Made by a program: the position numbers and the translations under genes
In this document: positions 60,174-64,000 of the stretch, piece after piece
Numbering within the stretch: position 1 is the first letter of the stretch
How the letters are laid out: the number at the start of each line of letters is the position of its first letter
Assembly: GCA_963850305.1 (NCBI GenBank)
Contig: CAWKKR010000001.1
Span: 640,001 to 704,000 of the forward strand
DNA from: an uncultured delta proteobacterium
Lineage (GTDB): Bacteria > Myxococcota_A > Polyangia > Polyangiales > Polyangiaceae
DNA length: 64,000 nucleotides
Direction: 5' to 3'
Notes under the pieces: model-generated
Told to the model about the DNA's origin: nothing
What the model saw: the letters and a program-made list of their open reading frames with translations, nothing else
Databases searched by the model: none

Positions 60174-61983
60174 CTACGGCGGCACCACGCGACACGGCGA
60201 GCCCGCCCCCATGTCGCAGATGTAGCCGGTCTCCACCTGGCACGCGGAAGAGCAGCCGTCCCCGGAGCTGTTGTTGCCGTCGTCGCATGCCTCACCGGGC
60301 TGGAGGATGCTGTCGCCGCAGCGCGGACCGAGCGTGCAGTTCGGGTTGCATTGCCCGTACGAGCCCGTGTTGGCGGCCGCGCCGTTGTCGCATTGCTCGG
60401 GGGGCTCGATGACGCCGTCGCCGCACTTCAGCGTGCAGTGCGTGGTGCACAGGCTCGTGGCGCTTCCGTTGTTGGCGCCGTCGTCGCAGGCCTCCCCGGA
60501 CTCGACGATGCCGTTGCCGCAGACCGCCGTGCAGGACACGCAGGACCCGCTCTGCGGAGCAGCATTGGTAGGCCGCGTACGCGAGCGAGCACTGGGCGTC
60601 GCTCGAGCAGCTCGCGCACGCTCCGGACTCGCAGAGCCCGTACTTGTTTGCCCCGGACGAGCACGTGAGGCCGGTGCAGCCCGTCGATGGGCATGTTTCG
60701 CAGGCCCCCGCCGGCGAGCAGCAGCCTAGCGCGGCGCCGTAGTAGCCCTCGCATTGGGTGTTCGGTTGATTGGTGCCGGCGCCGCACCCGGTGCACACTC
60801 CCCCGATGCACATGCCGGAACCGATGCCCGGCAAGGTGCACGTGTTGCCGGTGCACCCCGTGCCGCTTGCGCCACCCGTCCCGCCCGCGCCTCCCGCGCC
60901 GCTCGCGCCGCAGCAGCCGTTCGCGCAGCACTCATAGTAGGCGGGACCCCACGCCTTCTTGCAGCTCGCGTCGTCCGTTACCGGCGTGCAGTGCTGGCAA
61001 GCACCCGCGACGCAGAACCCCGGCTCGTCCAGGGCGTCGTAGCAGGGCGCGCCGTCGCCGTTCGTGCCGCACGCTACGTTGCCGGAGCATACGCCGAGGC
61101 ACTGCGTGGACATCATGCACCCCGCGAGATCGCTGGCGAGGCCCGCCGGGCCATCGGCGCTGACGATCGCGGCACAGGGGCTGGTGGCGGCCGTACAGTT
61201 ACCGGTCGAGACGCACTTCGTCGAGGCCATGCAGGCGACCATGGCTTCGCAATTCATCCCCGCCGGAACGCCAGCGCCGACACATATAAGGAAGTCGGGT
61301 GCGTCGCAGTTCGCGCAAAGGCACGACCAGCAGCGATCGTTCGGCACGTTCGACGAGCAGGTTCCGACGCCTCCGCTTCCCCCGCTTCCCGTCACGCCGC
61401 CGGTGCCCGCCTGGCCGTTCCAGCAGGGTGATGGACATTCGCTGTACGCGCAGTTGAGCAGTTCGCTCTCGACGGTGTCCGAGATTCCCGCCGAGCTAGC
61501 GGTGGGCTCGCACGTCGAGGTGCAACTCGCCGGCTCCTGACAACCGGTCCGTTCCACGCAGTCGAGGAGCGAACCGCAGTCCGACTGGCCGCATGCCGTG
61601 ACGACGTCCGTAGGGCACTGGTTGCAGAGACACTGCGCGCACGCCGCAGCCACCATCGGTGCGAGCTTGTCCTCACACGCGCCCGCGGCTCCGCCGGTGC
61701 CGGGCACTCCGCCGCTGCCGAACGCTGCGCCGGTGCCAGGCACTCCGCCGCCGCCGAACGCTGCGCCGGTGCCGGGCACTCCGCCGCCGCCGAACGCTGC
61801 GCCGGTGCCGGGCACTCCGCCGTTGCTGGACACTCCGCCGGTCGAGCTCGTCGTTCCCCCCGTGCCGAGGCCGCCATCGGTGGAAGGGCGCAGCTTGCGA
61901 TCTTGAATGTCGAGGAGCGTCGTGCAGGCCGCCACCCCCGCCAGGCAAGCGCCGAAGGCGAACAACGCCCGCGCCGCTCGCAT
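60174..61983 (-). CDS. Cys-rich lipoprotein with C-terminal Myxococcus cysteine-rich (DUF4215-like) repeats; frameshift about 60550
   Basis: Lipobox 'VAAC'; three 'CG[ND].....E.CD.G' repeats. Confidence 0.8.
61690..61822. repeat. Coding 36-bp tandem repeat (GGVPGTGAAFGG linker)
   Basis: Three full units plus a partial unit within the Gly-rich linker. Confidence 0.8.
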
Positions 61984-62252
61984 TCAGAAGCGGCTCCCGA
62001 CTCGGAGCATTCCGTCGCTCGGCCCTACGCAGGCCTGCCCCGGCTCCAGAACCGCCATAAGCCGAAGAGCATACGCGAGCGGCCGCTTCATGGCGAGAGG
62101 CGCCTGGGGGTTTCCGAGCCCGCTCGGACTCGAGGCGCGTCCGCGAGCTCGTACACATCGCCTCCCCCCGTCCTCCTTACGGGGAGTGCTCGAGATTGCC
62201 CGGAAAGCCGGGCGCGCTCCGGTGGGAACCTTCAATCGTCGGACGTGTCCCC

Positions 62253-62660
62253 CTACCAAACGACCGTCACCCGTCCGCTCGCTGCCACCCGGCGATCTGG
62301 CGAGACGAGCGGCACGCCGTGCGCGACGGCGGTGCCGGCTATGAGCCGATCGAAGGGATCTCGAAGGGCCGGGAGCGCGCGTGCCTCGCACACGACGCCG
62401 AGGTCGAGCGGAAGGATACGCAGCCCCGCGCTCTGCTCGAGCAAGCCGCACCACTCGTCGAATGGAAGCCGGAGCTTGAGGCGCCAGCGCTCCTCGAGCT
62501 GCGCGACCTCGAAGAGGCAAACCGACGGAATACCCAGCATGGCTCCCGTCCGCGCGGCTCGCCTCACGAGTCGCTGCGCTTCGAGCCCGAGGCTCCGTTC
62601 GGAGCCCGTGGCGATCGCGACGAGCGGGGCCGTGTCGAGCACGGCGCGGAGCTCAGGCAC
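62253..62660 (-). CDS. vapC: PIN-domain (VapC-type) toxin
   Basis: 'AVLDT', 'SVCLFEV', 'DPFDRLIAGTA..LVSPD'. Confidence 0.88.
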   Translation of the reverse strand: MPELRAVLDTAPLVAIATGSERSLGLEAQRLVRRAARTGAMLGIPSVCLFEVAQLEERWRLKLRLPFDEWCGLLEQSAGLRILPLDLGVVCEARALPALRDPFDRLIAGTAVAHGVPLVSPDRRVAASGRVTVVW

Positions 62661-62830
62661 GGCGCTTCGCCCGCGGCCGCCGGTGCCGAGAGGCGCGCTG
62701 CTCGAGAGCCGCGCCCGCTTCCTTCCGGAGCGCGCGGAGCTCGCGCGTCAGATTTCGGAACGAGCCGTCCAGTTCGGCGGTGCCGCGCAGGGCAGCCAGC
62801 GGGATTCCGCTGGGACTCGACGCGTCCCGC
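62653..62830 (-). pseudogene. Probable antitoxin C-terminal remnant
   Basis: Frame overlapping the vapC start ('IPLAALRGTAEL..'); no convincing DNA-binding N-terminus, frame runs into the repeat cluster. Confidence 0.4.
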
Positions 62831-62849
62831 GGAGGTCGGTCGAAGGATC

Positions 62850-62927
62850 TCGAACGAAGAATCGAACACACCTCGAACACACCTCGAACGAAGGTCGAAC
62901 ACACCTCGAACGAAGGTCGAACGACCG
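62850..62927. repeat. 11-bp tandem repeats TCGAAC(ACACC/GAAGG)
   Basis: TCGAAC at 62862, 62873, 62884, 62895, 62906, 62917, plus one at 62850. Confidence 0.92.
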
Positions 62928-63110
62928 CGAGTCGACCCAGGACGGAATTCGCGCATCGCTCGGCATTTGGCTACATTATCACACCGCTCATGCCCTTCAT
63001 GCTGCAATCCGAACGCGGCGCACGACCTCGCTCCTGCGGCGTGATGTCGCACGCGGCACTTCCGACCAACCGCCACCCCCCGCGCGGCTCACGTGACAGA
63101 CGGAGCAGTC

Positions 63111-63338
63111 ATGAAGCGGGACGACGAATGGATCAGGCTGCCGGGATTGTTTCTGTGGTCGGAAGTGTGCGAGCTCTTCGACGCAGAGAGCAAGGACTGG
63201 CGGTTCGTGGCAAAAGCGCACTCGGCAAGCGCAGGGGAAGAGCCTCTCTACGTGGTCCTGATGGCGTCACCACGTGACGGCGAGCGACGAGCGCGAAGCC
63301 CAAACCGGCCCTCACCGGGAGGCGAACACCGGCGATGA
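63111..63338 (+). CDS. Small hypothetical protein
   Basis: GGAG upstream of ATG; protein-like first 55 residues. Confidence 0.35.
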   Translation: MKRDDEWIRLPGLFLWSEVCELFDAESKDWRFVAKAHSASAGEEPLYVVLMASPRDGERRARSPNRPSPGGEHRR

Positions 63339-63454
63339 CAAGCCGAGAAAGGACGCGCGACCCGTTGACGCACGCGTTGCCTCGCGGAACAGGAAGAGCG
63401 ACATCGTGACGCACGCGGCGACGGCACCGCGCGTGTTACGTGCTGCCTTTCAAA

Positions 63455-63830
63455 CCGGCGTCGAGTTCGTCAACGTCATTCCTGACGCGCTCAATCACGG
63501 CGACCCGTTGACGCTCCCGGCGCCCCTCCAGGCAGGGGCGATGACCTGGGGTTGGCTCTACGGTATCAAGTTCATGAAGGCCGAGCTCGGCGCGACGGGA
63601 ACACCGGCGGGAGACGCCGAGCCGGGACTCGGGCTTCTGCACGTGGGGAGCACCGGCTGCGCGAACGCGGCGGACGGCGGCTCGGACGATTTCTTCTCGC
63701 CACCCAAGGTCACCTGCACGATCCCGAATCGCAACCTCGTGAAGCTCACCGGGTTCGATTCCGGCGCAAACATCATCGTCGCCGACATCGGCGCGATCTT
63801 CACCGCGACGGACCTGTCGGTGAACAACCG
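63455..63830 (+). pseudogene. Internal fragment of an MbnP-family copper-binding protein
   Basis: 'LNHGDP..PL..MTWGWLYGIKF', 'HVGSTGC', 'C..PNR..L.GFD'; signal peptide and normal C-terminus missing. Confidence 0.7.
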
Positions 63831-64000
63831 GTCAGAGAACACCGAGCGCTCTACGGGCTCGCCCTCACCGTCACTTCGCTCTGTCGATCTTCTTTTTTTC
63901 TCCGGGGCTGGGGCTTCGAGATCGTAGAAGACGTCCCTCCCGCCGCGCTCGCACGCGACGACGCCCGTGAGCGGGCGCGAGCCCCCGTCGTCCGTCGCGG

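Noticed and set aside
63455..63830. Methanobactin biosynthetic cluster
   Set aside because: Only a partial MbnP-like sequence; no precursor, MbnB/C or MbnH in the window
1..64000. Prophage, IS element, integron, tRNA or rRNA
   Set aside because: No integrase, transposase, phage structural gene or structured-RNA signature recognised

Overview
High-GC bacterial DNA, most consistent with Myxococcota (Polyangiaceae/Sorangium-like). This is inferred from the Cys-rich lipoproteins with Gly-rich 'DAG/DGG' linkers, TonB_C-fused receptors and ECF/FecR modules. The window is an accessory region dominated by cell-envelope genes. It contains three barrel-like protein + ECF sigma + anti-sigma triads, two TonB_C-fused TonB-dependent receptors, and a DUF2271 / DUF4266-DUF3570 / c-type cytochrome cluster with flavinylation-type motifs. 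It also has a long minus-strand run of Cys-rich lipoproteins with a vWA lipoprotein, and a divergent DsbD-N-like/TlpA pair. Two ferritin-like diiron genes are each coupled to a short Cys/Gly-rich lipoprotein-like peptide. Other genes include a lipoprotein-type zinc deaminase, cydAB, cbpA-cbpM, a GT4-GH130 pair, a desaturase with a clear promoter/operator, and a PIN toxin. Two related 21-bp tandem arrays and two short direct-repeat clusters are present. Many genes carry frameshifts, some in homopolymers, so sequencing/assembly indels are likely and pseudogene calls are uncertain. No rRNA, tRNA, CRISPR or transposase was recognised. Family names come from motif recognition by eye, not database searches.
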